Shown here: piece after piece, positions 17,740 to 27,030 of the stretch
Position numbering within the stretch: the stretch's first letter is position 1
Layout of the letters: the number at the start of each line of letters is the position of its first letter
Origin: Candidatus Micrarchaeota archaeon
GTDB taxonomy: Archaea; Micrarchaeota; Micrarchaeia; Anstonellales; Bilamarchaeaceae
Length of the DNA: 49,453 nt
Reading direction: 5' to 3'
Assembly (NCBI GenBank): GCA_018304385.1
Contig: JAGVWJ010000004.1
Location: forward strand, 1-49,453
Translations under genes and position numbers: made by a program
The notes under the pieces: model-generated
The model's input: only the letters and a program-made list of their open reading frames with translations
Databases searched by the model: none
Told to the model about the DNA's origin: nothing

Positions 17740-19190
17740 GTTAGTTGCCTCATAAGCACTTCCTTATCAATCGGTATTTCTATATTCAGCACTTTTCTTA
17801 TGAATAAAAACATATCAAGAAATTTATCCTTATCTTTTGTAATCTTTTCAGCCATTTGTTTTATAGTTAGATTCTTATCAATAAGCTCGTATAGCATCAC
17901 GCCCTCACGACCATATTTTTTATAAACAGAAAAACCTGGGTCACCATACTTTCTCTTTACGTCTAACCTAGTAAGAGGTTTCATTATAAGCGCTCCACTT
18001 TGTAATAAAAAGTTTAATATATCTAACGTAGTAAAAAGAGGTAAATTAGTCTTCAGTGATATATCTAATGTATCGATTTTGCCATCAACACTATCCAATG
18101 TCCTTGACCCCTTGTCACCATGCTTAAAAAGAATATCTGCTTTGAGTTTTAGTGTTTTTAGTATATCCAAACCTAACCGCACAGGAACGTCTATTGTTGG
18201 AAAGCCTTTTGGATCCTGACCAGTAACATCTGTATCCGGGCCCATAACATCAGCTATGCCTGTATCAGATACTGGTTTCTCAGTAGGTTCTCCCTTTTCT
18301 TTTTCTTTACCTTCCATTTTTATTATGCCGCGGTCTTCTAGGAAGTTTAATATCTCTACTAATCTTGTTTCTGTTACGCCTGTTTCCTTCATTATTTCGT
18401 CAGTAGTGCGTGATCCATCTATTAGAGTATACACCTTAACGCCAACATCCCCAAATTTATCTTTAATCATTTTTTCTACAGTATTCAATCCTTCTTCTTC
18501 ACCAGCTTCCTCGCTTCCAACATCGCCAAGGCCTTCCTCCGTCATTGAAGCTAAATCAATGGTCTCTTCTTTTTCTGGTTCTAAGGTTTCCTCTTTTTCT
18601 TCTGCTTCTATAATTTCTTCTTTCTTTTCTTCTTCCTCTGGTGCTTCTATTTTGATCTCGTCCTCTTCAGGGGGTTCTATCTTAAACTCTTCTTTCTCTG
18701 GTTCTAGGATCTTTGGCTCCTCTTTTTCCGGTTCTATAACCTCTTCTTTCTTTTCTTCTTCCTCTGGTGCTTCTATTTTGATTTCTTCCTCTTCAGGGGG
18801 TTCTATCTTAAACTCTTCTTTCTCTGGTTCTAGGATCTTTGGTTCCTCTTTTTCTGGCTCTATAACCTCTTCTTTCTTTTCTTCTACTTGTTCTATAATT
18901 TCTTCTTTCTTCTCAACTTCTTCTATTTTTTCTGCACCTACTGGCGTTAACTCAATCATGCCTGCATCTTCCATATAATTAACTATTGCTGCAAAAGCCT
19001 CTGGCTCAATGTCCAAATCCTTCCTAAGATCCTCTGATGTTCTTTTACCTGTTATGACACGGTATATTTGCAGGCCCATCTCACCAAATTTTTTCATTAG
19101 TAGGTTTGAGTTCTTAAACCTCTGAAGGGGTCCTTTTTCTATTTTAACTATTTTATAGTTTTTATCTTTAACGATCGGCATTATTATCAC
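17736..19190 (-). CDS. Protein with repeated winged-helix-like modules and an acidic Glu/Pro repeat linker
   Basis: Four modules like G..G..lY.lIdG.rT..ei...; 42-aa acidic duplication. Confidence 0.7.
   Translation of the reverse strand: MIIMPIVKDKNYKIVKIEKGPLQRFKNSNLLMKKFGEMGLQIYRVITGKRTSEDLRKDLDIEPEAFAAIVNYMEDAGMIELTPVGAEKIEEVEKKEEIIEQVEEKKEEVIEPEKEEPKILEPEKEEFKIEPPEEEEIKIEAPEEEEKKEEVIEPEKEEPKILEPEKEEFKIEPPEEDEIKIEAPEEEEKKEEIIEAEEKEETLEPEKEETIDLASMTEEGLGDVGSEEAGEEEGLNTVEKMIKDKFGDVGVKVYTLIDGSRTTDEIMKETGVTETRLVEILNFLEDRGIIKMEGKEKEKGEPTEKPVSDTGIADVMGPDTDVTGQDPKGFPTIDVPVRLGLDILKTLKLKADILFKHGDKGSRTLDSVDGKIDTLDISLKTNLPLFTTLDILNFLLQSGALIMKPLTRLDVKRKYGDPGFSVYKKYGREGVMLYELIDKNLTIKQMAEKITKDKDKFLDMFLFIRKVLNIEIPIDKEVLMRQLT
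18616..18885. repeat. Intragenic tandem repeat, 126-bp unit, about 2.1 copies
   Basis: Units start at 18616, 18742 and 18868; few substitutions. Confidence 0.93.
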
Positions 19191-19247
19191 TATATGTTTT
19201 TTCTATGAAGAATTAACTTTATTAATTATATCTACCCTATAATTTTT

Positions 19248-20927
19248 ATGGAGTTCGACGAATTGCTTATTACGACAGGTGTAGATGCACTGGTACGGCT
19301 TGTAAGGGAAAAACAACGCGTTGAACTAAAAACAGCTGCGGCGTTATTAAATATCCCAGAGGCAACCATAGAGGAATGGTCCCATATTCTAGAGGAAGAG
19401 GGTATTGTTAAGATAGAATACTACTTAACAAAAATCTATTTGGCATGGGTTACACCAACAGAAGAAAAGATAAAAGTAGAAAAAGAAATGTTCTACCAAG
19501 AAAAAGCAAACGTAGAAAAAGAGATAAGTGAATTAAAATCAAGACTAGCGCCTGATACTGAAAGCCTATCACAGCTTAAACAAACATTCACTAAATTTTA
19601 TAATGAATTTGGACCAAGGCTCGATAAATTGGAGAAAGAACTTGCCAGTATGGCTGGGCAAAAAAATACAGAATTTGAAAAGCAAAAATTAGCCATAACA
19701 AATGTTGATGAAAAATTATTCATGCTGGAAGACAGCTTAAAAGTACTTAAGAATGAGCTTGAAAAAATAAGACTAGACTTGACAGGCGAGGATGCAAAAA
19801 AATCATTTGAACGAATCTATGAAGAGGTTGCATCACTTAGCAGCCAATTAGAAGATGTCGCTTCTAGGGCTTCTAACTACCAAAAGGAGATTCCATCAGA
19901 ATTTCCCCCAGTATCTGAAGTAAAGAAAAAGTTTGAACAAATTAAAAAAGATTTTGATAATGTTAAGAATACAAATGCTAAAATGCGCGATGACTTAGTG
20001 AGCATCCAAGAGAGCTCGGGTGTACTAAAAGAGGTAGAATCATCAATAAAAAAATACGAAACAAGGATATCAGATACAAAAAAGGATCTAGCTGAACTTT
20101 CTGATACTGCAGAAGAACTAAGGTCAAAAAGCACATCACTTGCAGAGAAAATAAATAAAGATATGGAAATAATAGAGCGATTTTCTGATTCTATTGATAT
20201 TGCAAAGGGAGTTTTACAGCGTTTTCCATCTCAAGATGAAATTGCAAAAGAGCTAGCCAGAGTAAAAAAAGTTGAAGATGGCATTCAGGAAAAAATTGGT
20301 GTAGTGTCAGAGTTACTCCATACTCTTCCAAACATAAAAAATCTTACAGATGAGTTTGCACAAATAAAAAGAAGGGCTGAAGAGAAAAAGACAGAGTTAG
20401 AAGATAAATCCGAAGAAATAAAAGACACATTAAAGGAGGGTGCTTCTACATACGCAACATTTGAAAAGATAAAAGAAAGAACACTTCTATCTATCCAAAC
20501 ATATAACGCACAGTTACAGGCAATAGCAGATGACATAAATAAACTAAAGAAAGAAAGTCAGCAGGCTTCTGCGCAGCTAGATCAATCAGCTAAGACATAT
20601 CAAGAAAAACTAAAAAAACAGGACGTATTAGATGTGCTAAAGGCTGCAGAAGATATAAAAAATAAAAAGCTGCTTATGGATGAAATAAATTCCTCCTTAG
20701 ATTCTTTATCAGAAACAGCGGAGAGCATAGCAAAAAGATTGAATCTCCTTGCAAAAGAGGCTGGCATGCTGGATCTGCGCACTGGCGGCGCAGTTACTGT
20801 CAAGGATGTGGAACAGGAAAAACAGATGGTCAATCAGATTAAATTAACACGTCAGGAAGAGGATGAATTTAATAAGAAACGAGAAGAACTTAAAGAACTC
20901 ATAAAGAAATTATGGGAACAGTCATAA
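19248..20927 (+). CDS. N-terminal winged-helix plus long coiled-coil protein
   Basis: TGVDALVRLV...IEEWSHILEEEGIVKIEY followed by about 480 aa of heptad-rich sequence. Confidence 0.75.
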   Translation: MEFDELLITTGVDALVRLVREKQRVELKTAAALLNIPEATIEEWSHILEEEGIVKIEYYLTKIYLAWVTPTEEKIKVEKEMFYQEKANVEKEISELKSRLAPDTESLSQLKQTFTKFYNEFGPRLDKLEKELASMAGQKNTEFEKQKLAITNVDEKLFMLEDSLKVLKNELEKIRLDLTGEDAKKSFERIYEEVASLSSQLEDVASRASNYQKEIPSEFPPVSEVKKKFEQIKKDFDNVKNTNAKMRDDLVSIQESSGVLKEVESSIKKYETRISDTKKDLAELSDTAEELRSKSTSLAEKINKDMEIIERFSDSIDIAKGVLQRFPSQDEIAKELARVKKVEDGIQEKIGVVSELLHTLPNIKNLTDEFAQIKRRAEEKKTELEDKSEEIKDTLKEGASTYATFEKIKERTLLSIQTYNAQLQAIADDINKLKKESQQASAQLDQSAKTYQEKLKKQDVLDVLKAAEDIKNKKLLMDEINSSLDSLSETAESIAKRLNLLAKEAGMLDLRTGGAVTVKDVEQEKQMVNQIKLTRQEEDEFNKKREELKELIKKLWEQS

Positions 20928-20950
20928 TGACATTGATTTTTAAATATCTG

Positions 20951-20971
20951 GTGAATAACCTTGTTATTCAC
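20951..20971. promoter_or_regulatory. Perfect inverted repeat GTGAATAAC-CTT-GTTATTCAC
   Basis: 9-bp arms, 3-bp spacer, between two TATA-like tracts upstream of the pilus ATPase. Confidence 0.55.
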
Positions 20972-21002
20972 AACTATTTAAGAAATATGTAAAGGTGGAT
21001 AT

Positions 21003-22754
21003 ATGCCCAAGGAAAAAAAGGTAAAGGATGCTATTAAAGAAAAGATAAAAGAAAGGCTGAGGGAATTAGCAAAAGAAGAAAAGGCAGCAGAGCAAAAACA
21101 AGAGGAAGTAGAAGAAACCCCAGAACAACCACCAGCTCCTGAACAAGAGGCTGAACAGCCTGGAGAAGAGGTACAACTAGGAGAGCCTGTTGCTGAAACC
21201 GAACCAAAAGTAGAACTACCCGAAGAAGAGGAGAAAAGGAAAATTAAGGTGCCGCTGCTCGCAAATTACTCATTTGAAAGTGAAGGTATACCCATACATG
21301 TAAAAATAATAAAAGTTGGCGAGTTTGTACCTCGTTATGAGATAACAATGCCAAGCGTTGATGCATGGACTAGAAAAATGCTTGAAAGCAAGTTGCGCGG
21401 CGAACTTGTAAGTGAGGTTAAGCTCGATATTAGCGAAATATTAGATCCGAAAAAATTCGAAGAAGTAAAAATGAAGTTCATGGAAGGCGCAAGACGAATA
21501 ATAGATCGCAATTTCAAAGAACAGCTTCCGGATGAGCGCGCGAGAAATATTCTATCTGTTTATCTTTTGCAAAACACGCTCGGATTGGGCAAGCTTGAAA
21601 GCCTGCTTGCAGATGAGCAACTAGAAGAAATTGTTATAAACAATTCGCGCGAACCTATTTGGGTTTATCATAAGAAAAATGGATGGTGCAAATCAAATAT
21701 AAATCTCGAGAGCGAAGAGCAGATATATGATTATGCCTCAACAATTGCACGTAAAATTGGAAGGCAAATAAACATACTAAATCCAACACTTGACGCGCAT
21801 CTGCCGACAGGAGATCGTGTAAATGCAACTCTCTTCCCAATTTCGCATTTTGGAAATACATTAACTATAAGAAAATTCTCAAAAAATCCATGGACAATTA
21901 CCACATTAATAAAAAGTTCTACAATTTCTGTAGATGTTGCTGCGCTTGTCTGGCTATGCATACAGAATGAGCTATCCCTAATTGTATCTGGTGGAACTGG
22001 TAGCGGTAAAACCAGCTTTCTAAATGCAATGGCTGCATTCATACCAGCAAACCAGCGCGTAATAAGTATTGAAGATACGAGAGAGCTTACATTACCGAAA
22101 TTTTTGCACTGGGTACCGATGGTTGTGCGCGAGGCAAATCCAGAAGGCAAGGGCGAAATAACAATGCTTGATCTAATGGTTAATGCATTAAGACAGAGGC
22201 CAGATAGAATACTCGTTGGAGAAATTCGCAGGCAGCGAGAGGCTGAGATTCTTTTTGAGGCAATGCATACCGGGCATAGCGTTTATGCAACGCTGCACGC
22301 AGATAATACTGAGCAAACTATATCTAGATTAACAAATCCACCTATAAATATCCCGCCCCAAATGCTTGATGCATTATCTGGAGTAATAGTCACATTCAGG
22401 CATAGGCGCTTTAATATAAGAAGAATACTTGAGTTTTCTGAGATCCAGAAAAAGGCTGAATTTAATGTATTGTATCGTTGGACTATAAAAGAAGGTGGAG
22501 AAGGATTTACAGATAAAATCAAGCAGGTTTCAAAGATGAGCAGAATCGCAGAACAGCTCTCGCTTTACGCGGGCATGGATGACCATGAAATCGCAGATAA
22601 CATTGCTGAAAAGGTATCTGTGCTAAAATGGATGGTTAAGCAAGATTATGAAACTGTTGATCAAGTGGGCAAGATAATATCGCACTATTATGTTGACCCA
22701 GACGAGGTTCTGGAAGTTGTCAAAAAGAATGGTAGCTGGGAGTTTAGTGAATGA
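21003..22754 (+). CDS. Type IV pilus / secretion ATPase 1 (TadA/VirB11/ArlI family)
   Basis: Walker A GGTGSGKT, SIEDTREL, ALRQRPDRILVGEIR and HTGH. Confidence 0.95.
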   Translation: MPKEKKVKDAIKEKIKERLRELAKEEKAAEQKQEEVEETPEQPPAPEQEAEQPGEEVQLGEPVAETEPKVELPEEEEKRKIKVPLLANYSFESEGIPIHVKIIKVGEFVPRYEITMPSVDAWTRKMLESKLRGELVSEVKLDISEILDPKKFEEVKMKFMEGARRIIDRNFKEQLPDERARNILSVYLLQNTLGLGKLESLLADEQLEEIVINNSREPIWVYHKKNGWCKSNINLESEEQIYDYASTIARKIGRQINILNPTLDAHLPTGDRVNATLFPISHFGNTLTIRKFSKNPWTITTLIKSSTISVDVAALVWLCIQNELSLIVSGGTGSGKTSFLNAMAAFIPANQRVISIEDTRELTLPKFLHWVPMVVREANPEGKGEITMLDLMVNALRQRPDRILVGEIRRQREAEILFEAMHTGHSVYATLHADNTEQTISRLTNPPINIPPQMLDALSGVIVTFRHRRFNIRRILEFSEIQKKAEFNVLYRWTIKEGGEGFTDKIKQVSKMSRIAEQLSLYAGMDDHEIADNIAEKVSVLKWMVKQDYETVDQVGKIISHYYVDPDEVLEVVKKNGSWEFSE

Positions 22755-22757
22755 TTG

Positions 22758-22824
22758 GTTGTGAGTTTGTAGTTATGAGTTTTGAGTAACGTAAACCCAA
22801 AACTCCAAACCCATAACTCAAAAC
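22758..22824. repeat. Inverted 7-bp-period repeat hairpin (GTTNTGA / ACYCAAA units)
   Basis: 30-nt arms, 22 of 30 positions pair, 7-nt loop. Confidence 0.8.
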
Positions 22825-22834
22825 AGTGAGATAT

Positions 22835-24340
22835 ATGCCTGATGACTTTTACTCTGCTGTTGAGACTGCAAAAAAGATTGAAAAAAATGCATTAGAGCAC
22901 ACTAATTTTTCTGATAAAATAGAGGTTGTTAGATCTTTAGATTTTGAACCAAGAGAATTTGAGGATTTAACCTACCAAGATCTAGTAGCTATGTATCAAA
23001 CAATCGAAAAGATAATGAGTGCTGCAAAAATACTTGGTGGCGTACAAGCACCGGTAACCAAAGCTGAAAAGGCTAAAACAGAAGAGGTTGAAACAAAGGT
23101 CAAGGAGATAACTACTGAAAGCTTGGAAAGTGTGGAAGAACTTGCAAAAGAGATTGAGAAACCCAGGATTGAAGAAAAAATAGAGGTTGCAAAAGCTGAA
23201 AGTAAAACCACAGAGGAAATAACATTATTGGACTTTGAAGCCCCTTCAAAAGAAAAACAAGAGATTGAAATAGAAAAACCAATAGAGATTAGAAGGCCAA
23301 TTGAAAAACCAACACAACCAATAGAAAGAGAAAAAGTAGAGATTGCAAAAACTATAGAAGAGACAAGACCTATTGAAGAGAAACCAGGGGTTGGTGAGGT
23401 AGCTGTACCTGCGATATTGGAAACATCTGCACAGGAAGCAGCTGATACAAAATACAAAGATATTGAGGAATATTTAAGCAGAGAATGGGGCGGTGCAATC
23501 GATGAGACAAAGATAAAAAGGAAAATGCTTGATCTCACAAAGGACTTGTTTAAAGAAAAATCAATTTCCGCAAGGGAACGCATAAAACTCGAAATAACTG
23601 TCCTTAAGAACATGTCTACCAGAATTAAAGAAGGTGGAAAAAGGAAAAATGCTGCAGCGCCAAAAGCAGAATACTCCCAGAATGTACTTGAGACGATCAG
23701 GTCAACCCAACGTAGTGAACTATCTTCTATAAAAGATGAAATACAAACATCAATTACCAAGCAAACCACTGCTATAAAAAATAGATTCTTTGATGCGATA
23801 AAAGGATTACCTGATGATAGCATTAATGAGAAAAAGGCTGTTTATGAAAAACTTGTGTTTGACCTTACTGCGTTAAATGAACAATTGCCAGAAGTCTTAA
23901 AGAAATCAGAGGAATTTCTCATTCAAAAGCACTCGGCTGAGCTAAAAAATTTAACTGAAAAGGATGCGAAGGTAGCAAAGGAAGCTCAGACTCAGTTAGA
24001 CCAATTGAATGATAGGTATAAAAGAGAATTTTCAAATCTTAGAAGTATAGTTTCAAAGAATATTGATTCTATTACAGAAGCTGCAGCAAACGAAATCTTT
24101 GGAAGGGAAGAAAAAGAGGCGAAGGTAGCTGGTATGGTGTATGAGATAAATGAAACAGATGAAGGTACGCTGCTTTACTACTTGCATTCCAAGGACGCTG
24201 ATTACTATAAGAAATATGAAAGAAGTCATATCTCAAAGACAGAGGCTTTACATCGTGCAAAAACATTAATGGGTAAAGAGAAAGGTTTAAGTGAAGATGC
24301 CATAAGTAAATATTTTGGAAAGGTAGAGAGTGAAGATTAA
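22835..24340 (+). CDS. Hypothetical acidic coiled-coil protein in the pilus operon
   Basis: Long ORF between the ATPase and platform genes. Confidence 0.75.
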   Translation: MPDDFYSAVETAKKIEKNALEHTNFSDKIEVVRSLDFEPREFEDLTYQDLVAMYQTIEKIMSAAKILGGVQAPVTKAEKAKTEEVETKVKEITTESLESVEELAKEIEKPRIEEKIEVAKAESKTTEEITLLDFEAPSKEKQEIEIEKPIEIRRPIEKPTQPIEREKVEIAKTIEETRPIEEKPGVGEVAVPAILETSAQEAADTKYKDIEEYLSREWGGAIDETKIKRKMLDLTKDLFKEKSISARERIKLEITVLKNMSTRIKEGGKRKNAAAPKAEYSQNVLETIRSTQRSELSSIKDEIQTSITKQTTAIKNRFFDAIKGLPDDSINEKKAVYEKLVFDLTALNEQLPEVLKKSEEFLIQKHSAELKNLTEKDAKVAKEAQTQLDQLNDRYKREFSNLRSIVSKNIDSITEAAANEIFGREEKEAKVAGMVYEINETDEGTLLYYLHSKDADYYKKYERSHISKTEALHRAKTLMGKEKGLSEDAISKYFGKVESED

Positions 24341-24383
24341 TAGGTAATTATTGGTGAGTTTAACTTACATAAGAAATGCATAG

Positions 24384-24471
24384 AACGGCCGACGTGGCAT
24401 AAAGAATATATAAGACCACGTCACTATAGAGAACGTAAGTAGTATGACGGCTTTATAAGAATGAGAAAATA
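24384..24471 (+). ncRNA. Candidate structured leader RNA, copy 2
   Basis: Blocks identical to 17202-17288 (minus strand); GACGTGG/CCACGTC stem. Confidence 0.55.
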
Positions 24472-24485
24472 GAGGAAGATACAGC

Positions 24486-25364
24486 ATGGTTTTAGATAAA
24501 TACAAAAAAAAAGGAGAACGAAAAGAGGAAGCTCGCGGGCCACTTACATCTTTTGCAGAGTTTTTATTGCCTCGTTCTCCTGATCTCAAAAAAAAGCTTA
24601 CACTAGCTGATATAAAAAAATCACCTCTTAAATTCTTAGAGCAGGTTGTTGCATCTACATTTTTTCTTTCAATAGGCTTATGGATAATAACCGCTGTATT
24701 TTTTGTTCAATATGAGGTTTGGCCTGTTTATTTCATCTTACCATTGATTCTATATCCATTTATTGCATTTAAATATCTCATGTTCTATCCAGATGCAATG
24801 ATAACAAAAAGGCAAAAGAGTATTGATTACGACATAGTATTTGCTGGGAGACATCTTGTTATTGCGTTAAAATCTGGTATGCCGTTATTTGATAGTATGG
24901 TTGGTCTTAGACGTGGCTATGGCGAGGTAAGCAAAGAATTTGATAAGATTGTTGAGAATGTAACATTGGGCACACCGCTTTCGCAAGCACTGCGCGAGGT
25001 TGCACAGTTTAATCCTTCTAGGCATTTTGTTCGTGTATTAATGCAAATATCCAATGCACTATCTAGTGGGGCAGATGTTGGAAATTCACTTGAAGCTGTA
25101 TTATCCCAGATTGCAGAGGAGCAAAAAATACAACTTAAAGAGTATGGACAAAAGCTAACACCAATTGTAATGTTCTTTATGGTATTTGGTATAATACTCC
25201 CATCAATAGGCGTTGTTCTATTAACAGTTTTATTCTCAGTTGTTAGCGCGGGCGATAAAGGATTTACGTCTTACATTTTATTACTTATACTTGCGTTTAT
25301 TAGCATTGTACAATTCCTATTCCTTGGAATTGTTGAAAGTTCAAGACCAAAATATTTAATATGA
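24486..25364 (+). CDS. Type II secretion F-family (TadB/C, ArlJ-like) platform protein
   Basis: ALKSGMPLFDSM, YGEVSKEF and QISNALSSGADV motifs; TM helices. Confidence 0.88.
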   Translation: MVLDKYKKKGERKEEARGPLTSFAEFLLPRSPDLKKKLTLADIKKSPLKFLEQVVASTFFLSIGLWIITAVFFVQYEVWPVYFILPLILYPFIAFKYLMFYPDAMITKRQKSIDYDIVFAGRHLVIALKSGMPLFDSMVGLRRGYGEVSKEFDKIVENVTLGTPLSQALREVAQFNPSRHFVRVLMQISNALSSGADVGNSLEAVLSQIAEEQKIQLKEYGQKLTPIVMFFMVFGIILPSIGVVLLTVLFSVVSAGDKGFTSYILLLILAFISIVQFLFLGIVESSRPKYLI

Positions 25365-25373
25365 GGAAAAAAT

Positions 25374-26429
25374 ATGCAGCTATTATTTGAACCAATTGGA
25401 AGGTTGTTCTATTCGCGCGAAACTATTCGCAAACTAGAAACTAAAGTGAACACTGCTGGATTATATTTCTCTGCTGAAGGATTTGCTGGATTGTTATTGT
25501 TGCTAGTAGTATTAGTCGCCATACTGATAACATCGCTACTATTTGGTTATGGGGACTCTGCGCAATATATAAATAACATAGTAGAATCTAATGCAAAAGG
25601 CCTTCCTTTTCCAGTAGTTGGGTTACTAGTATTTTTAATTTCATTTATTCCTGCTTATTTTATAGTTTTTGTAGTATCAAATGCAGTACTTACATTAAAA
25701 TCTGACTCACGCAGAAACGTATTGGAAGATGCACTACCAGATTTTCTGCTATTGGTAGCAGCGAACATAAAGGCAGGCATGCCACTTGACCAGGCAATGT
25801 ATCACTCTTCCAAACCAGAATACGGCCTGCTTTCAAAAGAAGTGCAGGATATAATTAAACGATCTTTTAGCGGTGAATCATTAGAAGAATCATTAAACAT
25901 GCTTGGCAATAGGTTTGATTCCAGGCTTTTTAGCAGAACAATATCTTTGATAAAACAGTCATCTGCTACAGGTGGTGAGGTATCTGCTGTGCTTGAGCGC
26001 ACATCGCAAGAGGTGCGCAATGCTGCAATAATAAAGAAAGAGGTTTCAGCCTCGTTAGTGCTTTATGAGATATTTATCTTATTCGCCTCTGTATTAGGTA
26101 CTCCATTCCTGTTTGCTGTATCAGGCAAACTAGTTGAGATATTTGAGAAAACACCACTTGCTGCTTCAGTTCCACAAACAACTGCTGGCCTTGGGTTTGC
26201 TGGTTCTCTAAAGTTTTCAGGCCCAGTTATAACATCTGCAGAATTCTTTTACTTTACGCTTGCAACAATATTTATAACATCTTTGTTCTCATCATTTATC
26301 GTTGGTGTGATTCGCGCTGGCTCAAAGAACGAGGGGATGAAGTATTTCCCGTTTGTGCTGCTAGCATCATATGTTATATACTTTTTGGTTAATTCATTAA
26401 TAAATATGATATTTACAACAATAACATAA
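25374..26429 (+). CDS. Type II secretion F-family platform protein
   Basis: EDALPDFLLLVAANIKAGMPL and SSATGGEVSAVLE. Confidence 0.9.
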   Translation: MQLLFEPIGRLFYSRETIRKLETKVNTAGLYFSAEGFAGLLLLLVVLVAILITSLLFGYGDSAQYINNIVESNAKGLPFPVVGLLVFLISFIPAYFIVFVVSNAVLTLKSDSRRNVLEDALPDFLLLVAANIKAGMPLDQAMYHSSKPEYGLLSKEVQDIIKRSFSGESLEESLNMLGNRFDSRLFSRTISLIKQSSATGGEVSAVLERTSQEVRNAAIIKKEVSASLVLYEIFILFASVLGTPFLFAVSGKLVEIFEKTPLAASVPQTTAGLGFAGSLKFSGPVITSAEFFYFTLATIFITSLFSSFIVGVIRAGSKNEGMKYFPFVLLASYVIYFLVNSLINMIFTTIT

Positions 26430-26440
26430 GAGGTGAAATT

Positions 26441-26965
26441 ATGGGTTATAGTCGTGGTCAGGCAGCCATGGAATATTTAATGACATATGGCTGGGCAATA
26501 TTGGTAATATTAATAGTACTTGCGATACTTGCATTTTATCTTCCGCAATTTATCAAGGCGCAGGATCAGTGTTCGTTTTCGCAGGTTGGATTTACATGCG
26601 GTAAACCATTAGTTTATTCAGCAGATGCTAGTAACAATATTGCGCTAAACGTGCGCGTATTCAACCAAAATGGGCAGAACGTTGTTATTAAGAAGATATT
26701 ATGTACAAACGCACCACTTGCTACAATTACTAGTGGAAATGCAACTACTCTTAGTCCAACTGTTACAGTACCTAGTGGTGCATTCACAGACTTTAATGGT
26801 GTGAGTTGCTGGAAGGATAGATCTGGAGGAAATAGAGTAATACTAGCACCGAACGGCGATTTCAGAGGCGCTTTATTAATATACTATAACTTCGAAGATG
26901 ACACAGGTTCTCAGCTAAGGCAGGTACAAGCAAACGTACAAGGAACTGTTACAAAGACAACGTAA
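26441..26965 (+). CDS. Pilin-like protein with class III signal peptide
   Basis: RG/QAAMEYLMTYGWAILVILIV; GAGGTGA SD. Confidence 0.85.
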   Translation: MGYSRGQAAMEYLMTYGWAILVILIVLAILAFYLPQFIKAQDQCSFSQVGFTCGKPLVYSADASNNIALNVRVFNQNGQNVVIKKILCTNAPLATITSGNATTLSPTVTVPSGAFTDFNGVSCWKDRSGGNRVILAPNGDFRGALLIYYNFEDDTGSQLRQVQANVQGTVTKTT

Positions 26966-26992
26966 TTTTTTTTCTTTTTTTTTTATTCTTTT
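26966..26992 (+). terminator. Oligo-T archaeal terminator
   Basis: T8-C-T10 tract directly after the pilin stop. Confidence 0.65.
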
Positions 26993-27030
26993 AATTGGTT
27001 TCTTATTTTTATCCATGCATAATTATATCT

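Noticed and set aside
18256-18978. 240-aa plus-strand ORF
   Set aside because: Ser/Phe-rich antisense shadow of the Glu/Lys-rich gene 17736-19190
22996-23823. 275-aa minus-strand ORF
   Set aside because: Antisense shadow of the acidic coiled-coil gene; no motif
24391-24430. CGUGG/CCACG stem resembling pistol ribozyme P1
   Set aside because: No pseudoknot partner or downstream pistol core, and the second copy has a different stem
24365-24589. 74-aa minus ORF whose FSHSYKAVILLTFSI resembles a translation of the rps8e leader copy
   Set aside because: The similarity follows from nucleotide identity; the equivalent frame in the other copy stops early and overlaps rps8e antisense
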